Shown here: in pieces, positions 47,221-55,539 of the stretch | Layout: every line of letters begins with the position of its first letter | How positions within the stretch are numbered: position 1 is the first letter of the stretch | NCBI GenBank assembly: GCA_937936355.1 | Contig: CALDDM010000030.1 | Span: 1 to 56,484 of the forward strand | DNA: 56,484 nucleotides | Reading direction: 5' to 3' | Source: Minisyncoccota bacterium | Lineage (GTDB): Bacteria; Patescibacteriota; Minisyncoccia; Moranbacterales; GCA-2747515 | The notes under the pieces: generated by a model | The model's input: the letters and a program-made list of their open reading frames with translations, nothing else | Database searches by the model: none | Told to the model about the DNA's origin: nothing | Program-made: the position numbers and the translations under genes

Positions 47221-47267
47221 TTGAATGGTCGTGGGAAATCGAGTATACTCATTGTATGCTCGATTTC
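47221..47267 (+). promoter_or_regulatory. sigma70 promoter for murA-mreB-GT4 overlapped by a 14-bp inverted repeat
   Basis: TTGAAT-17-TATACT; GAAATCGAGTATAC-N5-GTATGCTCGATTTC. Confidence 0.6.
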
Positions 47268-47408
47268 ATTATATGTGACGGGATTCAGTGTGTGAGTCTC
47301 TCAAAGAGCTTCAGGAAGTGACATCAATCTAAGCATGCTCATGTGCGTCCAACGCGTAAGGGCGTCTGTGATGGGATAGAGCGTAAGTACAAAAACATAA
47401 TCATTACT

Positions 47409-48716
47409 ATGCAAAATTTTGTTATACAGGGAGGGAAGAAATTATCTGGTACGATCACGGTAAACACATCAAAAAATGCTGCTGTAGCATTACTTGCAGC
47501 AAGTGTCATGAACCACGGCACGACACGATTAAAAAACATGCCACACATCGAAGAGGTAAACAGATGGGTTGAGGTGCTCGAAAGTGTAGGGATGGACATG
47601 CAATGGAAAGGAAGAGATCTAACGATTACGCCACCAAAAGAGATAGATATAAATGCAATAGACCGCAATGCGGCAGGAAAGACAAGGAGTGTGATCTTGT
47701 TGTGCGGAGCACTAGCAGGGTCGCTCAAGGAGTTTGCATTGCCGCAAGTTGGTGGGTGTCGTCTGGGTGCAAGGAGTATAGGTCCACACGCACAGGCAAT
47801 CGAGTCATTTGGGGTCACGCTCAAAGCAAGGGCGCACTCATTGGACATTGCACGAAAAGGTGCTCTAAAGAGTCCTGGCCGATTTGCTCTCAGTGAGTCA
47901 GGAGATACAGTCACAGAAAATGCGCTCTTTGTAGCGGCGCAGACAAAAGGCGTTACGGAGATACGATTTGCCAGTGCTAATTACATGGTGCAGGATGTCT
48001 GTTACTTTCTCAAGGCGTGTGGTGTAAAGATAGAAGGGATAGGAACAACAACACTTCGCGTTCATGGTATTGGTATAATAAATAAAGATGTCACATACAC
48101 CCTTTCTGAAGATCCGATCGAGGCAATGTTTTTTATTGCAGTTGCAATTGCAACAGGGAGCTCATTCACGATTGCAAGGTGTCCATATGACTTTATCGAG
48201 CTTGAGTTAACGAAGTTGCGTATGATGGGACTTGAGTATAAGATGGGTGATTTTTACAAAGCGCACAATAAGGCGACAACGCTTGTTGATATTACAATAG
48301 AAAAATCACGGCTCAAGGCACTTCCAGATAAGATTGAGGAGCGACCATTTCCTGGAATAAATATGGACAACCTGCCATTTTTTGCAGTGATCGCTGCAAA
48401 GGCGCGAGGCACGACATTGTTACATGATTGGGCCTATGAGAATAGGGCGATCTATTTTACAGAGCTATCCAAATTGGGTGCAAACGTGAAGTTACTTGAT
48501 CAGCACCGCGTCGAAGTGACAGGTCCGACAAAATTGAGTAGCGCAAAAATGAGCTGTCCTCCAGCATTGAGGCCTGGAGCAGTTCTGCTTGTCGCAATGT
48601 TGGGAGCGCGCGGAGAATCAGTGCTCAAAGACGTCTATATGATTAATAGGGGTTATGAAAATCTTGCGCAGCGATTACAAAGCATTGGAGCAAGCATAGA
48701 GATGAAAGAGGTGTGA
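47409..48716 (+). CDS. murA: UDP-N-acetylglucosamine 1-carboxyvinyltransferase
   Basis: SKNA, GGCRLGAR (catalytic Cys), DPIEA, YENR and RGYE motifs. Confidence 0.96.
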   Translation: MQNFVIQGGKKLSGTITVNTSKNAAVALLAASVMNHGTTRLKNMPHIEEVNRWVEVLESVGMDMQWKGRDLTITPPKEIDINAIDRNAAGKTRSVILLCGALAGSLKEFALPQVGGCRLGARSIGPHAQAIESFGVTLKARAHSLDIARKGALKSPGRFALSESGDTVTENALFVAAQTKGVTEIRFASANYMVQDVCYFLKACGVKIEGIGTTTLRVHGIGIINKDVTYTLSEDPIEAMFFIAVAIATGSSFTIARCPYDFIELELTKLRMMGLEYKMGDFYKAHNKATTLVDITIEKSRLKALPDKIEERPFPGINMDNLPFFAVIAAKARGTTLLHDWAYENRAIYFTELSKLGANVKLLDQHRVEVTGPTKLSSAKMSCPPALRPGAVLLVAMLGARGESVLKDVYMINRGYENLAQRLQSIGASIEMKEV

Positions 48717-48791
48717 GATGATGTGATAGAGGAAGATGTGCAATAGCAACCACTGGTGCGCACATATGCTCATAATACTGACACAGATTAT

Positions 48792-49805
48792 ATGGAGTTT
48801 TTGCGACAGCGAATTGGAATAGACCTGGGTACGGCAAATACCCTTGTCTTTGTGCCGGGAAAAGGTGTTGTGACGAGCGAGCCGTCAGTAGTTGCTGTGT
48901 CGACAGCACAAAATGAAGTGCTCGCTGTAGGTGATGAGGCAAAAGCCATGATCGGACGTACGCCAGAAGATATAACAGTCTTCAGGCCACTTAAAGATGG
49001 TGTGATTGCAGATTTTCGTATTACGGAAGCAATGCTAAAATACTTTATTACAAAAGTTTGTGGTCGTCTGCGATTCGGTAGGCCAGATGTAATGATCTCG
49101 ATACCTGCAGGTATTACAAGTACAGAGCGCAGGGCGGTAATAGATGCAGCTGTAAAAGCTGGTGCAAAAGAAGTATACATCGTCAAAGAGCCGGTACTCG
49201 CAGCGGTAGGGGCGGGTATCCCAATTCACGATGCGCATGGTAATATGATCATAGACATTGGGGGTGGTACAAGCGAGGTAGCAGTGATATCTCTTGGGAG
49301 TATAGTTGTCTGTCATAGCGCTCGTGTAGGAGGTGATAAGTTTGATAGTGCAATTGCTGACTATATCAAAAGGAAGTACTCACTTGCAATCGGGGATCGC
49401 ACAGCAGAAGAGATGAAAAAGGCAATCGGCAGCGCGCTGATCCAACAAACAAAAGAGGTGTATGAAGTTCATGGTCGTGACTTGATGGGAGGGATGCCGC
49501 GCACGGTTTCCGTCCATGCAAATGAAGTGACGGAAGCCTTGCAGGATGAGCTGCGAGAAATCATCCATGCAATCAAAAAAGTATTACGGGAAACACCACC
49601 AGAGCTTGCATCTGATATCATGGATAAAGGTATGATACTCTCAGGTGGCGGAGCTCTACTGCGCAACTTGGATCAGTTAATCATCCAAACAATTGGCGTA
49701 CCATGCTATCCGGCAGATGATCCTCTGAGGTGTGTGGTGCGCGGAACAGGTGAGATCCTCGACAATCTTGACCAGTACAAGCGTACTGTGTTTAGTAAGA
49801 AATAA
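48792..49805 (+). CDS. mreB: Rod shape-determining actin homologue MreB
   Basis: IGIDLGTANT, RPLKDGVIADF, DIGGGTSEVA and SGGGALL motifs. Confidence 0.97.
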   Translation: MEFLRQRIGIDLGTANTLVFVPGKGVVTSEPSVVAVSTAQNEVLAVGDEAKAMIGRTPEDITVFRPLKDGVIADFRITEAMLKYFITKVCGRLRFGRPDVMISIPAGITSTERRAVIDAAVKAGAKEVYIVKEPVLAAVGAGIPIHDAHGNMIIDIGGGTSEVAVISLGSIVVCHSARVGGDKFDSAIADYIKRKYSLAIGDRTAEEMKKAIGSALIQQTKEVYEVHGRDLMGGMPRTVSVHANEVTEALQDELREIIHAIKKVLRETPPELASDIMDKGMILSGGGALLRNLDQLIIQTIGVPCYPADDPLRCVVRGTGEILDNLDQYKRTVFSKK

Positions 49806-49828
49806 GTGGCACAAAATAAAGCGACAAC

Positions 49829-50953
49829 ATGAAGATAGCAATTGATGCATCGCCAGCAGCAAAACACCTTCGCACCGGTATAGAGGAATACTCATATCAA
49901 ATCATCAGATCAATGCGAGAGACACTCAAAGATCATGACGTGGTTCTTTTTGTGCGCCGCGGAACTGCTGCGAATATAGATTTTCGCTTACCAGATCGGT
50001 GGAGAGTTAAAGAGATATGGAGTCCAATTCTATGGACGTATGGACGACTATCGATTGCAATGTTTTTTGGTCGTTTTGACAGGCTTTTTGTGCCAGGGCA
50101 TATCGTGCCACCAATACATCCTGATGGCACGGTATCAGTTGTGCATGGACTTGAGTACGAGGTAACGCCAGACGCATTCACCAAATCAGAGCATCATCGT
50201 ATGCGTTTTGGTGTGCAAAAATCTTGTAAATGGTCGCGATACGTCATCTGTGTTTCCAACAACACCAAATCCGACTTGATGAGGCTCTATGATATACCAC
50301 AGAGAAAAATCAGAGTCATTTATGAAGGCGTCAATGCACCAATCAAGATGGATGCAAATATCGCACATGCAGCACTGGCAAAATTTAAACTCGCAAGAGG
50401 TGAATATCTCTTTTTTGTTGGTCGGATCGAATCACGTAAGAACATCATAGGCATCCTCAAGGCGTTTGAAGTGCTCAAGGGGCACTTTGCAATCCCGCAC
50501 AAACTAGTTCTTGCAGGCAAGGAGGGAAACGGATGGGAAGAAATTTTAAGAGCAATTAACACGCATCCAAACAAAAAAGACATAATTGTTACAGGTTTTG
50601 TATCAACCGAAGAGAAATGGGCGCTCTTGGATGGAGCAAGTGTCTTTCTTTTCCCAACGCTGTATGAGGGATTTGGTCTGCCTGTACTAGAAGCGCAGCA
50701 AATAGGTGTGCCAGTTATCACATCTAATACGTCAGCATTACAAGAGATCGCCAAAGCACCAGGCGAAGAACAGAGTGCAATACTCGTAAACCCAGAAAAT
50801 CCAACAGAGATCGCAGAATCAACGCAGACACTTCTCACAGATCAAAAAGAGCGAGATGGTGTCATCGCAAAAGGATTGCGCAATACACAGAGATTCTCAT
50901 GGGAGAGGGCTGCAAAGCTCACGACCAAAGTGATTCTTGCAGGTCCTAAGTAG
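49829..50953 (+). CDS. Glycosyltransferase family 4 (GT-B)
   Basis: TGIEEY, FVGRIESRKNI, YEGFGLPVLEA and FSWERAA motifs. Confidence 0.95.
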   Translation: MKIAIDASPAAKHLRTGIEEYSYQIIRSMRETLKDHDVVLFVRRGTAANIDFRLPDRWRVKEIWSPILWTYGRLSIAMFFGRFDRLFVPGHIVPPIHPDGTVSVVHGLEYEVTPDAFTKSEHHRMRFGVQKSCKWSRYVICVSNNTKSDLMRLYDIPQRKIRVIYEGVNAPIKMDANIAHAALAKFKLARGEYLFFVGRIESRKNIIGILKAFEVLKGHFAIPHKLVLAGKEGNGWEEILRAINTHPNKKDIIVTGFVSTEEKWALLDGASVFLFPTLYEGFGLPVLEAQQIGVPVITSNTSALQEIAKAPGEEQSAILVNPENPTEIAESTQTLLTDQKERDGVIAKGLRNTQRFSWERAAKLTTKVILAGPK

Positions 50954-51050
50954 TGTAACAGCAATCTAAGTAGGTATCACTGGAACATCTTTACAGCGAT
51001 CGGTAAACATGATAAAATCTTCTTTGTACATATTTTCAGACTAAAAATAC

Positions 51051-51122
51051 GGTCCCATCGTCTAGCGGCTAGGACATCAGGTTCTCATCCTGAAAACCGG
51101 AGTTCGATTCTCCGTGGGATCA
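51051..51122 (+). tRNA. tRNA-Glu(CTC); probable integration site
   Basis: GGTCCCA/TGGGATC acceptor, TCAGG-TTCTCAT-CCTGA anticodon arm, CGGAG-TTCGATT-CTCCG T arm. Confidence 0.96.
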
Positions 51123-52611
51123 CAACTGACGATTCATCGTCTCCAAAACCCTTGTTTTGCGCTAAGATAAGCGAAACGTGAGGTGTTCCAAATCCATCTT
51201 TTCCATATCGCGGCTTTTCAGAAAAAATCAAACCCTGCAAAAGGAGTTTTTTGTCGTAATCTGACTTTTTCCAGAGTGTTGGGAGATCTTTAATTTGCTC
51301 AAAGACAATTGATATGACTTTATCGAGATCGATTTCTTCGTGCTGTAACTGACTATGCTTTGCATGAAACTTTTGGATACGAGCACTCAATTCATCCAAT
51401 GAATCTTTGAAATCAGCATCAGAGATAAGTTCTCGTGTTTTCATGCCAATGAGTCCCTTCTTTTCCTCCTCAAGTCGCTCTAAAGCTGCTTGAGAGGCCT
51501 TACGATCTTTCTCTATATCTTTGTATCGATTCTTCCACAAATCCATTATAATCACTTTCTGCGCTTTCAAAACACTCTCGTTTGGTGTTAGGCCAACGAG
51601 ATTCTTGACAAATGCTTTTTCAAGTTTATCTTTTGCTACTGATTTGAGTTTTCCACAGTCTTTGTTGTAGCATCGGTAGAATGGATATTTTTTACCTGAC
51701 TTACCTGTGGAATAGGCTGCAGTCAGTGGGCGAGCACAGTATGTGCAATGCACAAAGTTTCTGAGTGGGAAGTCTTGTGATTTCTCCTTCTTTGTTTTGT
51801 ATGTTGATTTACCATTTTTCTGTGCAATAATTTCTTGGCACCTGTAGTATATCTCTTCTGTGATGATGGATTTATGTGTTCCTGGATAATAATTGCCAGA
51901 GGATTCCACGTACATCACACCATGGTAGAACGTACGATTTATAATTTTTGACATAGTTTGTGCGGTAATCTCTTTTCCATTTTCGGTGCGTAGTCCTCGT
52001 TTGTTTGCTTTCTGGCGGATTTCCTCTAGTGTGTAGACTCCTTTTACAAATTGTTCAAAAACCCACTTAATGTGAGGGGCTCTTTCTGGATCTACGTCAA
52101 TCGTCTTTTTGCTGCCATCTCTTCCATTAACATAACCGATTGGTGCTTTCCATACCCATACACCTTGTTTAAGTTTTTCCTCCATGCAGGAAGAGATACG
52201 CTCGCTCTTGAGGTCATTGTCGAGTTGAGCATTTGCTGCCATCACATGCCCTATAAACTTTCCAGTGGGAGAGTTATCGATATTCTCTGTAGTGGAAATG
52301 AGTTGAATATTCAATTTCTTGAGCATCAAATCGATACTCGAATAATCATTCATATTGCGTGAAAGACGATCAATCTTGTAGACGATTACGCAATCAGTTT
52401 TCTTGTGATTTTTAGCACAGTGTTCAAGAAGTGCTTGTAGTCCTTTGCGATTAGTTGTTTTTGCAGAAACTCCATCATCATGAAATATTTCTTGCACATC
52501 AATACAATGATGTCTGGCATAATCGAGACATGCTCTTTTTTGTTGCTCTAGACTCACACCTTTCTCTGCCTGATCTTCGGTGGAGACTCGGTAGTAAATG
52601 ATTGCATTCAT
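51085..52611 (-). CDS. Large serine recombinase (integrase)
   Basis: YYRVSTEDQ catalytic Ser; YKIDRLSRN; APIGY recombinase domain; Zn ribbon CTYC...YRC...C; coiled coil; start trimmed to the ATG at 52611. Confidence 0.96.
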   Translation of the reverse strand: MNAIIYYRVSTEDQAEKGVSLEQQKRACLDYARHHCIDVQEIFHDDGVSAKTTNRKGLQALLEHCAKNHKKTDCVIVYKIDRLSRNMNDYSSIDLMLKKLNIQLISTTENIDNSPTGKFIGHVMAANAQLDNDLKSERISSCMEEKLKQGVWVWKAPIGYVNGRDGSKKTIDVDPERAPHIKWVFEQFVKGVYTLEEIRQKANKRGLRTENGKEITAQTMSKIINRTFYHGVMYVESSGNYYPGTHKSIITEEIYYRCQEIIAQKNGKSTYKTKKEKSQDFPLRNFVHCTYCARPLTAAYSTGKSGKKYPFYRCYNKDCGKLKSVAKDKLEKAFVKNLVGLTPNESVLKAQKVIIMDLWKNRYKDIEKDRKASQAALERLEEEKKGLIGMKTRELISDADFKDSLDELSARIQKFHAKHSQLQHEEIDLDKVISIVFEQIKDLPTLWKKSDYDKKLLLQGLIFSEKPRYGKDGFGTPHVSLILAQNKGFGDDESSVVIPRRIELRFSG

Positions 52612-52636
52612 AGTATTTTTAATTTGAAAATGAAAA

Positions 52637-52731
52637 GGAGCGACTATTGCCTGAACCCCAACATCGCAACCGATGATGGAAACAATAAATCGCTCCGTTT
52701 GATGCCACAAAAAAGTATCCTTTTACGGCAT
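52637..52731 (-). promoter_or_regulatory. Two-hairpin leader / attenuator upstream of the integrase
   Basis: Minus strand: ATGCC...GGCAT hairpin, then a 60-nt GGAGCGAT...GTCGCTCC hairpin followed by TTTTCATTTT. Confidence 0.6.
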
Positions 52732-52744
52732 AGGTTGGTTGCAA

Positions 52745-52930
52745 CTATTGTTGGGGTTCAAATGAATTATCCCTTATTTTGTTAATTTGGACAATATTTT
52801 CAGACTCCCAGAGATCGATACTTATTCCAGCAAGTTTATACTGCATACTGAGCAGCGCCATTAGTTCATCGTCAGATTTTTCATCAGCGTATGATCCTAA
52901 CAACTTTTTGTAGTAATTTAGTGAGATCAT
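52745..52930 (-). CDS. Small helical protein upstream of the integrase (candidate directionality factor)
   Basis: MISLNYYKKLLG...SDDEL...LA...IDLW; position in the integrase operon; function inferred only. Confidence 0.65.
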   Translation of the reverse strand: MISLNYYKKLLGSYADEKSDDELMALLSMQYKLAGISIDLWESENIVQINKIRDNSFEPQQ

Positions 52931-52940
52931 GGATATTTCG

Positions 52941-52990
52941 TGAAATCGCATAATCTTCTACCCTATAGGGCAAACTAATTTGCGATTTCA
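52941..52990. repeat. 50-bp dyad-symmetric element (candidate replication origin or protein-binding site)
   Basis: TGAAATCGCA-N10-CCCTATAGGG-N10-TGCGATTTCA; both palindromes share one centre. Confidence 0.7.
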
Positions 52991-52994
52991 GATC

Positions 52995-53993
52995 TTAGGC
53001 TAAAGTATAGATTTTTGTATTTCCGACACCTTTTGTTTCTACAAGTTCACCATCAATTTTTAAATCATCAATGATTCGCTTGGTAGATTTTTCGGCCGAT
53101 TTAAGTAGTTTTTGGATGTCACCTTTTTTGAGTCCATCTCCATGCTCTTTTAAAAGGTTGAGTATATCTTCTCTTAATTTCTCAGTCATCGGTTTTTGAG
53201 ATCCCTGAAATTCAAAAGAGAAATGCTCATCATCAGAGGCAACTTTAAGTTCAAATGGATCAGTCTCGGGACTGTAGCGTGCTTTCGGATTGCTGATAAA
53301 AACACTATTTTGCACACCAGTCTTTTTACCAATATGGATGTAGGAATCAATAGCTGCCATAATGTCTGATGATCCTCGTAAAGCATCTTTTTCAGACCCA
53401 ATAGAATGCTTTTTCGTGTGATGAAGGATGATAATTGTGGCTCCCGCTCTGGTTAAATCCTTAAACTTTTGAAACACCTTCGACATAGCGCCAGCATCAT
53501 TTTCTTCTGAATCATGAAATCGTGTCAGTGAATCAAAGATGACCACCTCCACACCTTGGTGCATCGCAAGTTCTAAGATCTCTTGTGTCATATCTGATTG
53601 ATCAAATATCAGATCTTCTTCATCAGGATCAAAATCCATTTTCATATCTGGTTGTGATGAGAAGTAAAACTCTTCATCTATCTCTTGACTATAGCCAAGC
53701 ATTTGAATTCTTTTTTGCACTTCTCGTGGGTGGTTTTCACCATCCAAAACTAAAACTTTTCTTTTCTTGCAAGGAAACTTTCCAAAGAGACTTTCGCCAT
53801 TTGCGATACATTTCGTCATCTCGAGAGAGATCCATGATTTATATTCTCCAGGCTTACCTCCAATAATTGTAATGCCCTCAGCAGGTACGAGACCTTCGAC
53901 TACCCATGGAATATCAGGGAAGTCTATGTTGAGCAGATCATGCGAACTGACAATAGAGCCATAAATATTCTCGTGATCAAATTGATCGTTCAT
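52995..53993 (-). CDS. RepA-like SF4 helicase (AAA_25) with C-terminal wHTH-like tail
   Basis: WVVEGLVP, Walker A variant GGKPGEYKS, LDGEN, Walker B VIFDSL, ILHHTKK and LRGSS motifs. Confidence 0.9.
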   Translation of the reverse strand: MNDQFDHENIYGSIVSSHDLLNIDFPDIPWVVEGLVPAEGITIIGGKPGEYKSWISLEMTKCIANGESLFGKFPCKKRKVLVLDGENHPREVQKRIQMLGYSQEIDEEFYFSSQPDMKMDFDPDEEDLIFDQSDMTQEILELAMHQGVEVVIFDSLTRFHDSEENDAGAMSKVFQKFKDLTRAGATIIILHHTKKHSIGSEKDALRGSSDIMAAIDSYIHIGKKTGVQNSVFISNPKARYSPETDPFELKVASDDEHFSFEFQGSQKPMTEKLREDILNLLKEHGDGLKKGDIQKLLKSAEKSTKRIIDDLKIDGELVETKGVGNTKIYTLA

Positions 53994-54132
53994 AACTATT
54001 TATTAATGACTTACAAAGTCTTAAAAAATACTCTGCATCCGTTAGAAAGTTTTTAGGACGGAATATAAAGAAAAACTTGCTTCTTAGGGTATAGCAAGTT
54101 CAACTTTTCATACATTAGATTTAAAGGATCCT

Positions 54133-55038
54133 TTATTTCATATATTCACCATTCACTTTTTTGACCTCAGTGTTGAACTGCGAGCGAATTAAATTGATAT
54201 TTTCATACTCATAGCTTTTGATGTTTGGAAGTCTTTCTTCCTCAGCCCAAGAAGCTATACGTGTATCCGGAGAGAAGCTTAAATCCTTAATCGCTGCTTT
54301 TTTGAGGTCAATATACTTATTGTGTATTTTAATTTTTGAAAAAAGACTCTTATCTGATGTGTCTCGATTTTTACTTGGTTTGGTACCTTTTAAGTTTGGT
54401 ATTATTTTGTCCCAGTCATGGTCGATGAACTTCTTGAGATCTTCCTTTTTTGAGTTTCGATTAAGTTGAACAATACAAACTTCCTCGCTTTCTATTCTCT
54501 TTTTGAGAATATCCTCATTCGAGATGCATGAACAAGTACTGTCATGACGGATTTTTGAAAAGGCATCCATGAAAAGGCTTTTGTTAAGGACGTATACTTG
54601 ATTACCCTGCGCCAAAGATCCAATTTTTAGATCATCACGTAGATTGATAATTTCTTCGAGTACTGCATCAGAGAGATTTAGGAAGTCAAAATGGGAAATA
54701 TTGTTTTCTTTGAGGTAGGTATTGTTCGCGATATATTTGTCATCAATATCACTTTCTTCCAAGAAGTCATTTACAAGGTCAGCAGAGTTTGGGTGCCATA
54801 CCCATTTGGTGATAGTTTTTCTTTCCATCTTGCTTTCAGAGCTCTTTTTCAGTTCAGTCACCTCATTTTCTTTGATAATTACCTCAGAGCTAAAGCTATC
54901 AATTTTTTTGTACAACAGAGTGCTCTTTTTGTGAAGTATATAGAACTTTAAAATCTTCGCTTCTAAGTGTTTCTTCTCCGAAAGTAATCGAGAGTATAAA
55001 TCAGCAAACAAAGGGTCAATCTTTATTTTTCTTCTCAT
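54133..55038 (-). CDS. Hypothetical protein of the element (possibly a regulator)
   Basis: 301-aa K-rich open frame co-directional with the helicase; no family recognised. Confidence 0.75.
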   Translation of the reverse strand: MRRKIKIDPLFADLYSRLLSEKKHLEAKILKFYILHKKSTLLYKKIDSFSSEVIIKENEVTELKKSSESKMERKTITKWVWHPNSADLVNDFLEESDIDDKYIANNTYLKENNISHFDFLNLSDAVLEEIINLRDDLKIGSLAQGNQVYVLNKSLFMDAFSKIRHDSTCSCISNEDILKKRIESEEVCIVQLNRNSKKEDLKKFIDHDWDKIIPNLKGTKPSKNRDTSDKSLFSKIKIHNKYIDLKKAAIKDLSFSPDTRIASWAEEERLPNIKSYEYENINLIRSQFNTEVKKVNGEYMK

Positions 55039-55086
55039 TTAATTGAAAATAGTGATTATATATACTACACTAAGAATACAACTTAA

Positions 55087-55235
55087 TAGGCCCAACCGCC
55101 ATTTTTGGTGAGTGGTCTAAAAATCGTTCAAAGCAATAACCTCCTCATGAGGATGCTTTGAACGTCACAGGTAGGAATATCTGTGGAGTCAGCAATGACT
55201 CGCCTTGTGGGGAGTTTTTTGTTTTCCCACAAGGC
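55087..55235 (+). ncRNA. Candidate structured RNA / cis-regulatory leader with five hairpins
   Basis: Stems 55087-55119, 55125-55164, 55166-55185 (GGAA loop), 55186-55201 (GCAA loop) and 55202-55235; G-U pairs and GNRA loops on the + strand. Confidence 0.6.
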
Positions 55236-55257
55236 CATACTTGAATTATGTGTTTTT

Positions 55258-55539
55258 ATGGAACCTAGTTTTATCTCACAACTTTTACATCTCATTTTCT
55301 TTGGTGGCGCTGCATTTATCCTGAAAAGAACATTTTTTGTCGGATCAGGTATCAAAATAATTGAGTGGAGAACTACGTGCCTTTTGGCAGGTCTATACAT
55401 TCTTGGTGCTGCATATCCTGCGTATAAATACGGCATTCAGGAAGTCCACATTATTACACTGGTTGCAATTGTAATGATTTTACGTTCGCAACAGATAGCA
55501 ACTTTTTCAAATACATCAAAGAGCAATGAAAATCGATAA
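55258..55539 (+). CDS. Small membrane protein (2-3 TM)
   Basis: MEPSFISQLLHLIFFGGAAFIL... hydrophobic segments; start placed at the ATG after the structured RNA. Confidence 0.65.
   Translation: MEPSFISQLLHLIFFGGAAFILKRTFFVGSGIKIIEWRTTCLLAGLYILGAAYPAYKYGIQEVHIITLVAIVMILRSQQIATFSNTSKSNENR

Noticed and set aside
99-50838. Numerous 60-220 aa antisense or alternate-frame ORFs inside housekeeping genes
   Set aside because: Shadow frames of well-identified genes, with no motifs or expression signals.
52612-52710. N-terminal extension of the recombinase
   Set aside because: The catalytic domain starts at MNAIIYYRVS (52611); the upstream part is the structured leader.
55087-55235. Retron msr-msd, c-di-GMP riboswitch, SRP RNA or tRNA identity for the hairpin cluster
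   Set aside because: No reverse transcriptase is visible, there are no enclosing a1/a2 repeats, and I could not find the conserved motifs of these RNAs by eye; left as unknown.
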